Below, one piece after another: positions 35,651 to 49,400 of a DNA stretch of 64,000 bases (its first letter is position 1; each line of letters begins with the position of its first letter). The notes under the pieces were generated by a model. The model saw only the letters and a program-made list of their open reading frames with translations. It did no database searches and was not told the DNA's origin. This DNA comes from Leucoraja ocellata. Taxonomy: Eukaryota. The stretch is from NCBI GenBank assembly GCA_036785375.1, contig JAWMAR010000065.1, positions 4,960,001-5,024,000 of the forward strand. The letters run 5' to 3'. The translations under genes and the position numbers were made by a program.

Positions 35651-38600
35651 GGTCAAATTTGGATTTATATAGCATTGCATTTTTGCTTTTGGTTAGGAAT
35701 CATATTCCATCCGATGCTGTCCATTTTCAAATGAACACAACAAACCACACATCTGAAAAATCACACACAAGTATAAAATATACAGTTCTTTACACTAATT
35801 TTATCATCACACTCGTCAATACTCATTTACATGCGTGTGCAGATCATAGCGCTTGCATCCCTTTGGTATAATTTTTCTTCATTAAGACTACAGTAAACAA
35901 CAAATTTCATTCAGTGAGATGCTACAGAAGATGATGGCAGCACTCTTGTCAATTTAAAACTATTTGGGATTTATATGAAGGAAAGAGGATGTTAGAATAT
36001 TAAGCTGTTACCAAGGGCGGATGTGGAGGAAATGCCTGTAGGAAGTGGGTCTGTCCATCAAACAGTGGCAGTAGGCAGGGTGTGAGGAAACTCCTCCTCT
36101 TGGACCATTGCACAGCACTTTACCCAGGAAACTCCAGAATCAACCTCTGACCTTTCAAGTGTACTTAAGCATCACATTCCAAATAATCTGCAGTGGGAGA
36201 TGTTTCACTAGGGTGGACCCTGCATAGCATTCACAATCAGGAATGTGGCAGTCCAAAGATTGATTGAACACTCATAATCCTTCCCTGCTTTAAAAAAAAA
36301 AAAAGATTGGTAACCCAAGAGAAATGAAAGCTTGCCATTCACCTCTGATGTCATTAATCAAGAGGCAGGCAAAACAAACTGAAACTGCTACGATCATCAT
36401 TCTACCCTGTCCCTTCTACTGAATGCACCCTATTGCGTTCATCACAGCTCTGTGCAGCTGAAGAAAGACTGGGTCTGAAAAGTGCATTTGTGCTCAAAGT
36501 ATAATAAAACAAAAGGCGCGACACAAGGGGGTCTGTCAGTCTGCTTTCCCTGGGCTCCAGGCTAATTCTGGCAACTCTTAGGCTTTGCTCAAATTACTAG
36601 CCCTAAGCTTGGCTATACCCAGGCATGGTTTACTTTCTAAAGGTACTAATCTTAATGGTCGGCCACACTCGAGTCTCTTATTGCAAAAGTCTGCTCTCTA
36701 TTAACTCCTTAATTGTTGCGCGCCTACATACCAACTGGAACTCTGAAAGGAGAGGGAGACCGTCATTTAGAAATAAATCTATTAATAGTTAAATTTTCTT
36801 CGGACGACTCATGCTCAATAATAACTCTCCACTAACAAATGTTGAAGGATTTGCTAAAAGACAATATTTAAATCCATGCATTCAACAATTTCTTTACATT
36901 GTCCAACACCAAAAAAAAAAACCCTTCACACCTGAGTAAGCATTTTCTCCCAAATCTACTTTTCCTATTCTTATTTATACAGTGGTCTGCGCCCTTTCAC
37001 AGTATTATATAGCTCATTTCTGGCCAAGGTCTTGCCCTTTGTTAGCTGGCTATTGTTCCCAAGGACAAGGCTTTCATTGACTAGTAAAACTCTCCTGCTC
37101 AGGAAGAGGCCTCTTGTCTCCAACAACAAATGATGACAGGACCACTGACACAACAGCATACCAAGACAATACCGCACGACCAGGCAGCACAAAACTGCCC
37201 CCGAATGCTCTCACATATTTCCAAGCTATTTCAGCTGTCAAGAAAGAAAGACCACTTTCTGGCCACCCAATTGTTGCAATTGTATGAGCAAAACCAAACA
37301 AAAATCATGTTCTGGGGCTGCTATCCTCCGGAGGAATTCGGAGGGGAACTACTACTATTAAATGCATTTAACGTTAACTGTTAATTGCTCAATTATACCA
37401 CTTCCCAGCACATTTTGGTCACCAAAAGATTTGAGTTTCAGTGCAAATGCTACCCTTGCGGTTACATTCTCTGTTAACACCCCAGCATTTCTCAAAACTT
37501 TCCCACCAAGTGCAGTCCAGTGATGTCAACCTTTCAAAAGGACAATTACGTAAATCATAAACTACTTATTTCAAACTCATTTCTTTCCATTAGTCCCAGA
37601 ATAGGGGGATAAAAATACTGGAAGCAATTTAAAATAGTTGTATTTTAAAAATCATCATTTTTTGGAAGATTCCCCAACAGCCACATAATGAACCCATATT
37701 AACAAGCAGAATAATAACTAGTGGTAAAATAAAATCGCTAACTGGGCTAGATGATAAAGGGTGTGTTGCATTACAATTAAAGATGTGATTGCTACTCGTA
37801 AAACAAAATATTGCAGGCTATTGTATAAATAACCAGGGAACAAAAGCCTAAAAGAAAATGAAGAAGGAGACTGACAAAAAAACGATGGATTAACATGTCA
37901 CGTTATAGTACATTAAATAATGCTTGAGAATATTTGAGTTATGCTAGCTGTAGCAAACATTCCATTGCACACGCGGTGACTTACTGAAAGGAGTCCTTTA
38001 TCCCCAATTGCTTTAAGTAATTCTACTCATTTTACACAGATGTTGAAGTCGTATCCAAAATAGGACCCAATTTCAGAAATTGATGCTCATCAGTCTCCTC
38101 TGTTATGAGACACAATATCAGAATTTTTTGGTTATATCAGAATCATGCAGCTTGTTAATGTAAACCTATTTTTTAAATATTTAATTTGTTTTTGGCTATC
38201 CTTAGTTAGTCAATTGATATTTGTCTTAACAAAATTCCTACAGTTACTTACCCGAGTTAGCTTTGAAATTAGCCACAGGCTGCATTTTAACATGTTATTT
38301 GGTACTTCATAATTCTTGGACAAATCTTAAGAATTAATTCACACATTGAGTTATTCTGGGCTGTTGTCTAAAGCATACAATTTTATTTACAGTGCAGTTA
38401 TTTAGATGGTCGTTGGTTTATTTCCGTTTGATAACATTGAGCTTGAGGGCAAAGAGGTTGTGGTTTACAAAGCAGTTAGCATTTCTTACAATGCACGTAT
38501 GCTTATTGAGAGGAGCCTTGAGCATCAATCTTTTCAGCAAAAGAAAAATCAATTTGCACTTACAGCAGTTCAGTCGAACATACAAGAGAGTTTCACAGAG

Positions 38601-41220
38601 TCTGCAGTACAATGACTGAACTTTGTGTAGGACGTATGTGCCAGACTGGACAAGTAGTTAAAGGAAAGTTAACTGACAAGCTATGATCGATTGGTGTTTC
38701 AGGTTGACAAATTCCAGCAGAACAAGACATCTGCCACGCATGTGACCTGATAAATAGCAGCAGCAAAGCTCAAATCCAAGCATTCATTTCAGTATAAACT
38801 AAAAAGCGTTCGCGTGTGAGTAGAAAAAAAAGTGAGGAGCAGAAAGGGGGACCATAAGACAATTTTGTACATTGTCAATAAAGGATCACCTTTTTTTTTT
38901 TGAAAATATTGTGTTTTCATCTTTCACAATATACGGAAAATGACTACAGCACCTTTGTGCCCATCATTTTGCCTAGAGCACTTAGTAACATTACTGTAGC
39001 TTCAATCAGCCAAATTACCATATTGAGTGATTAAGCAACAAAATATAATTGAGCCCTCTTAATGGGAACACCCGCACAGAGAACAAAATGTTTCCTTTGC
39101 CCAACTATGACTAAGAAATCTTGAGTGACAATCAATTGCATATTGGAAGCATCAGAAACCAAGGCATTAATTGATCTTTAACAGGTTTTGCCTTACAAGA
39201 GGAGATTTCGGAATTATTTCCTTATATTTGTCAGAAACGCATACACCAAAGTCAAGGTGAAGCCTGATGAGCCACGATCGAGGTTAAAATGGTGAAACTG
39301 CTACCTACGACATCCGTCCCTCTCTTCAAGGCATGGAGCCATTTCAGATTAGCAAGAATGAGCTAAAAAACAAAACAAAAAACAACATTCCTAAAAACTA
39401 ATATTCTTGCCATCAAAGTAATCCCAAAATTGGGATTAAAATCAGCACTCAAATGCTCCCTCGCAAATATCAAGATGGTTTCACGGGTGTATGTTCGTGG
39501 ACTGAAAATAATTTATTCCCAGATTTCAACATAACTGTAGTGATGGGGTGGTGGTGGGGAAAACAATTGGTGCAAAAACACTAACACTTTGCAGGAAAAA
39601 TTAAAACCGCAAGTTGGATGTTGGTTTTGATATAATAAACACAAAATTTGACGTGGTTAACAATTTTAGTTCATGTCCCAACTGAGGCAAATTCATACAA
39701 TCTCAAAAATGCTGTCTTGTCTCTCCTAGCTTGGACACCAACAAGTTGCAACATATATAATTGATACTCAAACCAATTCACACGACTGCTTCACATTTAC
39801 TGTAAAAAGTCCCGCTGTGGACTTCACATCAGTGCAATTGTTATTCAAATGATAGTCAATACCATCAATGCCATTAACGTGAAATACAACCAGAATATAA
39901 AAGTGTTTTGTGGCTTAATTACATTGGCAGTGGGTAGGCGCGGGAAGTACAGTGAACATTTATCAGGGAAAAAAATATATAAAATGTCAGCCTTAAAATA
40001 CTCATTTTATTTGTTCTGGTGGTATGTTCAAAACATCTGGCACTCATTTTTGTTCATTGCAGGCAAAAGACAGCCCACAGCAGTGAAACACACACACACA
40101 CACCTCAATGTATTTACATTTGAAAAATAAAATTAGGTTTGCTTTTAATCGAAGGAGAACACATTATCAAAACCTATGTCAGTGTTTGGGTATGTTCTAA
40201 AATATAATTGAATGGAAGATTTTTGATACAACCCCACAGAGCAGTAACACACACCAAAATCTCCAAAAACCTCAAAAATTAGGTTTTCCTACAAAACTCA
40301 AAAGAAAGCTTCGGAAATGCTCCGGTCATACTCTTATTTTTAATTAAATAATATTAAGCAATGTCTCACAAGGATCGAAATGAACACAAAAACATTTGAA
40401 AACAACTTGCTGTCTATGATTCTTCAAATACCCATTTACATCTGTGGTGCGCACTGCTTCTAATAATTTATTTAAACTATTCTTTTTCTGTTCAAATCCT
40501 CAGTGCAATTTTGAAGAGGATCACAGACGCTGTATCAGTCTAAAAGGGAGCAATTACTCCATAGTGTTTCAGCTGCGTTCTGCGACCCGAAAATGTAAAG
40601 GACTTAAAAATGAAAGTATTTTATTTTTCACGATCCAACACATGTCTCCAATTTGCAAAGAGTTAATTAAGAAACCCATCCTCCTTATCTAAATGACATT
40701 TAGATAGTAAAAGGAGTACGGTCTCTTTCACATTTGGTTTTATTCATGATTTACATACTGTTGCATCGAAAGCTTTGACAATGTAACCACGTTAAGAAGC
40801 TCTCTCAAACCATACGAGTATATTTCAAATCAATTTTAAAAGTACAATTTAACTAATTGGAAGCATGACAGTGGAATCTCAGAATTAATTAGGATCCTAA
40901 AATGTAAATTTTGCACTAAAATTTGCAAAACATCTCGAACTAGACAGCTATCAAGAAAAAAGATCAGCATCGAGATGGTTAAAACAACTTTCCTAATGCA
41001 AACCCAATGTTATGTTGCCTACAATTGTTTTTTTCTTCTTTTTTTTTGTTCCTTCTTCACAGAAGAAATTCTTATGAAAGCAGTGTTACAAAGGTCATAG
41101 TTTCAAGTGTTAGATAGAAGGTCGCTACCTGACCACCTCTTAACCATAGTGACTGGCCTTATCACAAGCCCATCGGGTGAAATAAAATATAACCGTGCAC
41201 TGTAGCATACAGAAACTTAC

Positions 41221-41343
41221 CCAGTTGTTTAGATTGAGGTGCCAGCAACCAAACTGATGGAATAAGGAGAGCCCAGAGGCTAACGTTCCTCCTTTATTGT
41301 TCCCTTCTTCCATTCCCAGCAAAATTGCATCCCTCGGGTACAT
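41221..41343 (-). CDS. Candidate coding alternative first exon of an N-terminally truncated (dominant-negative) TCF7L2: MYPRDAILLGMEEGNNKGGTLASGLSLFHQFGCWHLNLNNW
   Basis: ATG at 41343 (G at -3), 41 open codons ending exactly at donor TGG|gtaagt in phase 0, matching phase-0 exon 6. Confidence 0.6.
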
Positions 41344-43474
41344 GCCGCTTTGTCTTCTGTTGTCTCTTAACCTCTACAACTTTTCCCCCCCCTTTCTCTC
41401 TTGCCTTGGTGCCGACTGCGTTTTTGTTTCTTCCTGCTTTTTTAGCGTCTTTTTTTTTAAAGTACTAAAAAAAGATGTCTCAAAAGATCAAGAGCTTCCC
41501 AGTTCTGTGGCCTGGTGTTTTTAGAACCAACATCCTCATTCAAGTTTGCCGTTGGTTGCATCTTAGTCCGGGTGCAATCCTGTACCTGCTGTACAGCAGG
41601 GACCAAAATTTAGGACACAAATGGAAACAGATCACTGCATCAAAATGCTCACTTAGGAATGAGCAAGACCGCACACACGGGTATAACCTCTTGCGTACTA
41701 TTTATTTTCTTTTCAAAGCCTACAACTCTCCCAGGATTACCAAAATGACAATGCTGCAACTCTATATGGAAAGGTATCAATAAGAGCAGGGGGGAAGAGA
41801 CAAGCAGTGGTTAAGGGAGCATGATCAACAAACTGTAGCATGCAGTCACATCTGTGGGGATGTCAAATCCCTCACGCTGAAGTTCTGGGGGGGAGAGCTG
41901 TGAGAAAGCTCTATTTCTTGTCACAGTGACACAAATATATACATGCAATATATCATGCACACACGCACACATACGCAGAAATACAAATACATATAAAAAC
42001 AGACACCTGTGAGGGCTTGCCTTGAATCCCAACAGGTTTTTATTATTATGGTAGTAAATACAAAAAGGAGAAAAGGCAAAGCACTAGACCTCACTGCAGC
42101 TTCTCTTGGCTGACCTCAGCTACATACAATATACAAGAGCAGATTTTGTATTGTAAGGATTCTCTTTCTGACCTGCTCTTTACATACTGCTTCCCGTCGC
42201 TAATTGCATCCTCAAAACAAAACCCACTCCATCTTTCAAATGACGGGGAAGATGTGTGAGGGGAGAGGCAGCTCAAATGTTCCAAGTTAATGTTTTTTTT
42301 TCACAATAAAAGCAAAAGTAATGAAACGTTCCCATTAACCCGCACCCCACCTTCTGAATACAGGTGTCAGATAGCATCCGACACCAGCCCCTGCTCCTCC
42401 AGCCCAGAACAAGGATTTGTAAATAACCCTCGTCCAGTTGTGAAAACCAAACTTCACGCACACATTTTAAACTCATCTCGGGAGTACCACGGGAGACTTA
42501 AGCTTTCTTCTGCTATCTACGCTGGGCAAGGAAAGTGACAGGACCCAAGACCTGGCGAATCAAAACGGTGCGCAGTTTTTCCCTCTTTATTTAGCGTTCC
42601 ACACTAATCTGGCTTTCGCGTGCAGTGTCGGCCAGAAATCTTTAAGGCCTTAATACCAAAACAAAACCTTTGAATTCCCTTTATATGGTGCAATACAGGC
42701 ACTAACAAAGGCAATGAGGCTGCAGTTTGACATGTAAAAAGCCCAACAACGAGGCAGCTAATTACATTCCCTCCCTCTATTCACGGTGGCCACCACACTC
42801 CAGCAGCTTCTTTTGTCACACGTGCAATTTCTTAAGTAAACTGGGAGTTTGGTTGCTGATGATGGACAGTTACTAATCATTTAGCACAATGAGCACCAAG
42901 TGCGGCAGAAAGGATGGGCAACTTCAACACAGCTTTCTTTGGGATTGGAGGATGCGAGAAGAAAAAGGAGCGGGGCGAAGGCTCGCCACACAGGCGACGG
43001 AAGGTGAACACTTAAAATACCAAACCTTTTCAGCTCGCATGTTTACCTTGCAACGACTGAGGGGTGGGGGGGTGGGGAGGAGCGGCCATTCGAAGGGGGT
43101 GGAATGTAAGAGGGAAAGGCAGAGAGAAAACTGTGGGAAAGAGGGAATGCTAATTCAACTTCAGCCACTGCATCAAGTAAAGAAAAAATCTAAATATTTC
43201 CTTCACTCAACAGCTTTTAAAAAAGTTTTGCTTTTTTTTTTAATATGAAATAAAAATGAAACACACAGCAAAACAATTCCATCTACAAGTCATCATACTT
43301 GTTTGTCTTAAACATTGCTTCTCAAACCTCAACATTCAGGCCTCCTTAAATTGTTCTAACTTACCATTGACACCTACTCAAATTACGATGCTTCACACGG
43401 CCTGAATTCAAGCATGTTGCCGCTCCCGTGCTACAGTGCAAATCAGCCAGCTCTTCATGATGATGTAGGCAGAT

Positions 43475-43490
43475 CCACTGGAGGGCAGCA
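43475..43490 (+). promoter_or_regulatory. CTCF-like motif CCACTGGAGGGCAGCA
   Basis: One mismatch to the CCASYAGRKGGCRS core consensus. Confidence 0.45.
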
Positions 43491-46400
43491 CTCTACCTGA
43501 GCCACTTACAGCCAAGATGCTGCTGAGATAGGGGCACGGAGCGACTGCATCCAACTCCAGCTCCAGCTCTCCAAGAAAAGATGCTCAAGTTCAGGTCTAT
43601 TCAGTGAATTACCTTGCTTCACGGGAAAGAGATAATGAGATGGCAACGCTCATTTGATCAGAAGCAGCCCCAAACAGCACCCTTAACAGTTCAGAAAAGA
43701 ACAAAAGATCAACTGTCTCCTGCTTACTTGGCAACATTAAAACCAGTTGCAGCCTCTCATAATGTTAAATTGACTGGTATTTTGAAGCCGCAGACAAAAA
43801 AAAAGATTTGCGCCCTTCATTCCTCCTCCCCATAGTATAAAAGCTAACCTACCTTTTATTTTCCCACATATCCAGCACAGATAAACACGCTCGTCGCACG
43901 TTGAATCCCAGTTCTTACTTAAAAAAAAAAATTAACTTACGAAGAATATCTGTACTCTTAATGCTTACAACTGTCGAATGTGGCAAGCGGCTCCATAAAG
44001 CTTCACTGCCCACTTTTGAAGCCTGCGTTACCAACACACGCAGAATGACACCGCTGAGCGCCTTTAAAGAATACTAGGGAAAAAATGACTATTGATCTTC
44101 AAATGGTGATAATTGAAAAGATCAAAAGATTAAACAAAATCAAAAAATGTGCTGACTTACCATGTTATGTTTTTTTTTGTTACAACTTGGTTAAAATTTC
44201 AGTCAAACCAGCTTCATCGGAGGTGTCAAATTTTTTGGCGGACTGTGATCGTATTACTTCCGCAGCCTTGCCTCACAATACTTCAGAACTTTTTACCTAG
44301 CTTTGGTTTACTTTGAAAGCTGCAGCTCAGCAAACCAGCACAAATTATCTTGCCACCTTCTACAGCTCTGATGCTTTGGCCGCTAACTTTGGAAGGCCCT
44401 TTACTACTGCATCAAAATTAGCATTGTCAAAGCAGTTAATGAATATTAATACTGTATTTGTCATTGGAGCTGGCCTGATGCTGAACTCCGAGCCATCCAT
44501 CAGGGACAAGATTAAGAACACAATTATTTCTGACTGACAGGGTCCAAATCTGCTAGATTTTTTTTTGCAATCTAAAAAAAAGAGACAAAAAAAAAAACAT
44601 CTTATGGGTTCCCCCTGGGGACTAACAGTCAGATTAATACACTTTTAATGAAGTGAAGGCTATTAAGTATGAAGAAAAAGCAAACAAGATGTACAAGTCG
44701 AACTTACAAATGCAGCAAGGTGGCTGATAAAAATTAAAAGAATCGCATATCTTTTTCGACAGCTGTCTGAAATTTTTCTTCAGAGCTTTCTGGAATGAAG
44801 AAAGATTCTTTCTTCCCAAATATGCATCATTTGAATAAGGAATGCACTGTTATAACCCACTTGGGATAATTGTCTCTATCTTGCATCTTAACAACATCAA
44901 CTCAAAGACAGGATCCTAAATAATTCCTACACAAATATTATGATCAACACTTCCTTAAAAGCAATGGACAATCATGATTATTCCCTCACTCGCATCTGCA
45001 TAAACCATATAAAAAAAACTTTGCAAAAAGCACAGAATAGAATCGATGTACACATTGTTATGGTACACTGTAATATATAGGATGCAAAAAAAAAAATGTT
45101 GAACATGTGAAGGACTGCAAATTTAATTAGATTCACTGCCCAAATCCTAAGAGCATCTTTGACATTGCCAATTTATGTGGGAATTTGGAAAAAACCATGA
45201 AATCAACAAAGGGCAACTTGGATGAACTTAGTTCGCTTGTACTTAAGAGTGAAAGCACACCAAATTCCCTGCGTTTAAAGACATGCCCTGCCTTTCTTAT
45301 AAATTTACAAAATGTACAATAAATATAATTTGATGTTCATGCATATTTACTCTTTCTCTCACCATCTCCAAGGTTTGGTTCCATGTATTTTAGTTAATTT
45401 GTGATCGATTCACACATACATTAAAAAATATGCTGTGGAAAACACCATGCCGCTAATACAGAATTCATGATGAGAAATAAGAGAAAAGTTTGGATGCGGT
45501 ATTAAAGGAGGAAGCGTGGACTAAAGTCACTTAAATTGCAATACTAAATTGTTTAAATTTCTCAGCCACCCTTTGAGCATAAACCCGATGCACCAGAAAC
45601 GGGCAAGCATTGGGCCGCCGTCTTATCCCTGTACACAGGGCTCAATCTCTTTCTCTGCAATTTTAAACCTTATTAAAGCTATTTAACTTAAAAGATGATT
45701 TAAGGCTGGGGAGGAGCAGGAGGGAGAAGGAGGAAAATCTTAAAAATAAAATCCCACAGGAAAGTGACAGATGCAACGGTTAATGCCATCTGACCAGTGA
45801 AACGAAGGTGTCTGGGTCAAGCAACTATGGTTACTGAACTAATCTACTGCTCTGACTGACCACCCTACTGGCTGCTTCTAATACCATTAGCAATCGTTAG
45901 ATGAACAATCTAAATTGGAGTTTTGTCCTCTGATGAGCCAGCCTGACCCCGTTACAACAGCCCTCCAGCTCCATATGCAGATGGCAAATCTCCTGAAAAC
46001 ACTTCTTTCAGCTTTTTTTAAATTTTCTTCCCGTGCATATGTCCTTTTCTTTCATACTATTCTCTCTACCCTCTCTTGCTTGAAACTAAAGTCTGCTAAC
46101 ACGAAGACGTGTCCATTTCTCTGGCCAGTTACTTCTACCGTCAATTTCCACCGCGCGTCCTGAACGATCTGTTGCATTTTACTCGTCTTTGGACAAATTA
46201 CTTTTTACACTGCGTGCTCTTCAGAATGGGAAGGCTGGGAGTGGGGTAGATAGTGCATAAGCGACAGTGGAGAACGTTTGGGAACTCTGCCAGGTTTGAG
46301 GCTTTCGAACCAAGTGAAGTTACAGGCTGCAGACTCTGTAGCAGTGGGTGCAGAAAGCACTTGCCTGACAGAACATTTACGGCAGACAGCTCCCGCTACC

Positions 46401-49400
46401 TCTACTTACGCAGCACGATCACATCAACCCTAGTATCAAATTAACTCAGACTTTGAATGTTATTGATCTGCTATTAAGACACTAGTGAACTTGATGAAAT
46501 CAGTGCTGTAGGTGCAGTGAAGACTTCAAAGTCTCGCACAGACACATAAAACAAGTTGCTTTGATCCTTTTTACGATCCGCAGAGGGTTTAGCCCAGTTC
46601 TCGATGCGCTGCTTTTCACACTCATCAGGTCTGATTTTTTATACCAACAGACAGCTTGATAATGTTAATAGTGCATATTTTAGCAAACAACTAATTCTAA
46701 ACTAATATCTTAATCTGTCCAGACAAACAGCATCATTTAAACATGTCAAACAAAACCAATTTCACCTTTATTAGTGCCTCCACCATAGGAATCGGGATTT
46801 TTTTAATGCAAACAGTGCACATTCTTCTGCTGTTTCTAACATTTGCTATTTTATCATCTAGGTGATAACTAGTTTTCGCACACATCCTTAAATTCTTACG
46901 TTAGGGATTATCAATTAATATTTACAGAACCGTGCTACAAAAAAAATTGTAGATTATTTCATGGATTTATTGAAATACAGAATCTTGAATTATTATGCAA
47001 AGCTTTTCTCAAAATAGCAGTAGATTCTAATAAAATAACCAAAGGACTAAAATAAATAAAAATCTGTAATCATCAATGGCACTGGTAACAGACCAGCAAC
47101 GTGCAACAGAAAGGATACGAAAAATAAAGATTGAAGGAGGAAGCTGCTTCATTAGACCAGGGAATTATTTTTTATGGTAACAATTGAAATACAAAAGTCT
47201 GCATGATTAAATGACTCATAAATTAGTTCCTAGATCATCTATTAGGAACAATTATTTCTTGTACACAGAACACACCACATGCCAACTTGAAAAATTAAGA
47301 ACTGGGTAAACAGCACATTGTAAATTAAAATTTTTGCATGTTTGTAAAAAGACAAATTAATTCGTTTTTTTTAAACAAAATCTATTACACTATATCAATT
47401 ATTAATTTTAACCAAGGAAATCGTTTAACAGTTGGAGGAGAGGACATATATCAGCTTTCAAAGTCAACATTTATTTTTAAATGTATTCAGCCAAAGTGAC
47501 AATTTATGTGCGTACAGAACACATCAACTGATAATGAGAAATATCATGTTACTATAAACAAATAAAGATCAACTGCAAGGGTCCACCATGATTTTGCCAT
47601 CAAATTCTAGAAAAAGGCTCATGCAAATTTACTGCAAAAAAAAAAATCAGATCTCTCCTTTAGACAGTTCTCACCAAAACACTGTTCACTAATGAAATCA
47701 TCTACAATACAATTCAAGAACAAATTAACTTTTTGTACTAGCTGCTGGGGTCCCACTTACAATTCTAATGAAGTCAACACTCCAATAAGATGTGTTCAGA
47801 AAGTTTCCTGGGCCACCAGCTCAGAGATCCTTTTCACCAATTAGTGCAAAGAAAAAGAAGGGGAAAAACAGAGTGCCCTACTCAAAGAGCTAGGCCTTAC
47901 GGCAAATCTGTCATGTCGACTGAATTGATCAACGGGGCTGGTATTTCTAATGGCATCTTGTCAGGAAAAGTCAGCCATAGGGAGCCACCTGCGTTATTCT
48001 TTGCAGACAGCTACAGAACTAGATACCGATCTCAGGCAGCATCTTTTACTAACAATTTGGGAGAACAATCCAATTTCTGCTGCGGTACAACTTGTCATTC
48101 TACAATCATCACCTAGCTTCCTTTTTTCAGGGATGGTTATATGCTGAAAAAAGCTCCTCTTTAGACAGCCAATTTATTAGAAAAGCAGGACGTTACTAAA
48201 CAGTGAAAATGATCCATTTCAACTATAACCAATTAATGGTGCATATCATTATACTCAAGGATTCCTCCTGTAATGTTAAACAGAACATAGACATAACAGC
48301 ACAGGATACCACAGATGATGTGTAGGGGACTTTTTGGGCCAGAGATTAATCTTCCAGGTTCAATAACACACCAGCAACCTCAGGGATCGGTTCTTGAGAC
48401 CATAAGGAGCTCATGAGTTATGTAGCACCTCACTACCAAAAAATAATTTAAGAATATGGATGGCCAGACCTACACCAACTATGATACAGGTTCATGGAAA
48501 AGTAATGTCCTAAATACATACATTAGGTCCAGTTTGTTATGCGAGTCAAAAAACACTTAGATTGTAAATCACGTATCACAACCTTTCTTGCTCTCATCAG
48601 TCAATGAGATTCTCAGGACTTTTCCTGGAGCCTGCGGCGGTGGCTTTGCCCAGGGACATGTACCAAGAGAAAATTTTCATCGTGTTAGCATTTCAAATGG
48701 CAGAAAGGGAAAGGAAGCTCTAACTGATCATAGCCCGTGGAATTAATTGGCTAGCCTCTGAATAATGTCGGTCTTCGAATATCCTTGAGAGACGAGCAGT
48801 AGCCGAGGACCCGTTTTGTGCAGCGGCTTCAAATAAAAAGCGCTAAGGGGTATAAGGCTTTAACGCATTTCCCCGAAGACCATGAAAACAGAATCAGCAA
48901 ACCTCGCCCAACTAATCCATTTGGTAATTAAACGCGCAATTCTAAAAAGCGTTCTGTCGAATTTCAAAATTGTCAGAACAAAAGAAGACCATCGTTTCTA
49001 AATAAACATGTAGGATACCGGGTATTAATGCAACAAGCGCAGCTGGAAGATGTCTGTTTTAAGTGGGGAAAATTTAAAATATTCTCGGCTTTTTGCCAGT
49101 TTTAAAACAAAGGACTCGAGTAGGCGCCATGTTGCTATTTGTTCCATTCTGCGGGATTAAAGTTTGAGGGTTTTTTTCCCCATTCATCAATGGATATGCA
49201 ATGACCCTGCTTGATATCACTATACCTCTCTTTAAGAGGCATCTTAATCTAACCTTTTTAAGACTCTTTGCTTTCAAACTCAAAACACCATTAAAAATAG
49301 GCATTGTTGGTCAGCCCTGGGAGACTGAGCGCCAGGCTTTCGCTGACCAAGGCAGTAGACCTTGGACAGGCAGCTGCTTATGCAACTAAATAAGCCCCAT

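Larger units (their letters stand above)
40500..44600 (-). promoter_or_regulatory. Probable intron-5 internal promoter and alternative first-exon region (dnTCF7L2 type)
   Basis: Minus-strand donors with exon ends at 44161 (ATG|gtaagt), 43941, 43853, 43613, 43365 (ATG|gtaagt) and 41221; TAATT homeodomain motifs; CTCF-like site; no recognisable TEs; 10-14 kb upstream of exon 6. Confidence 0.55.
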
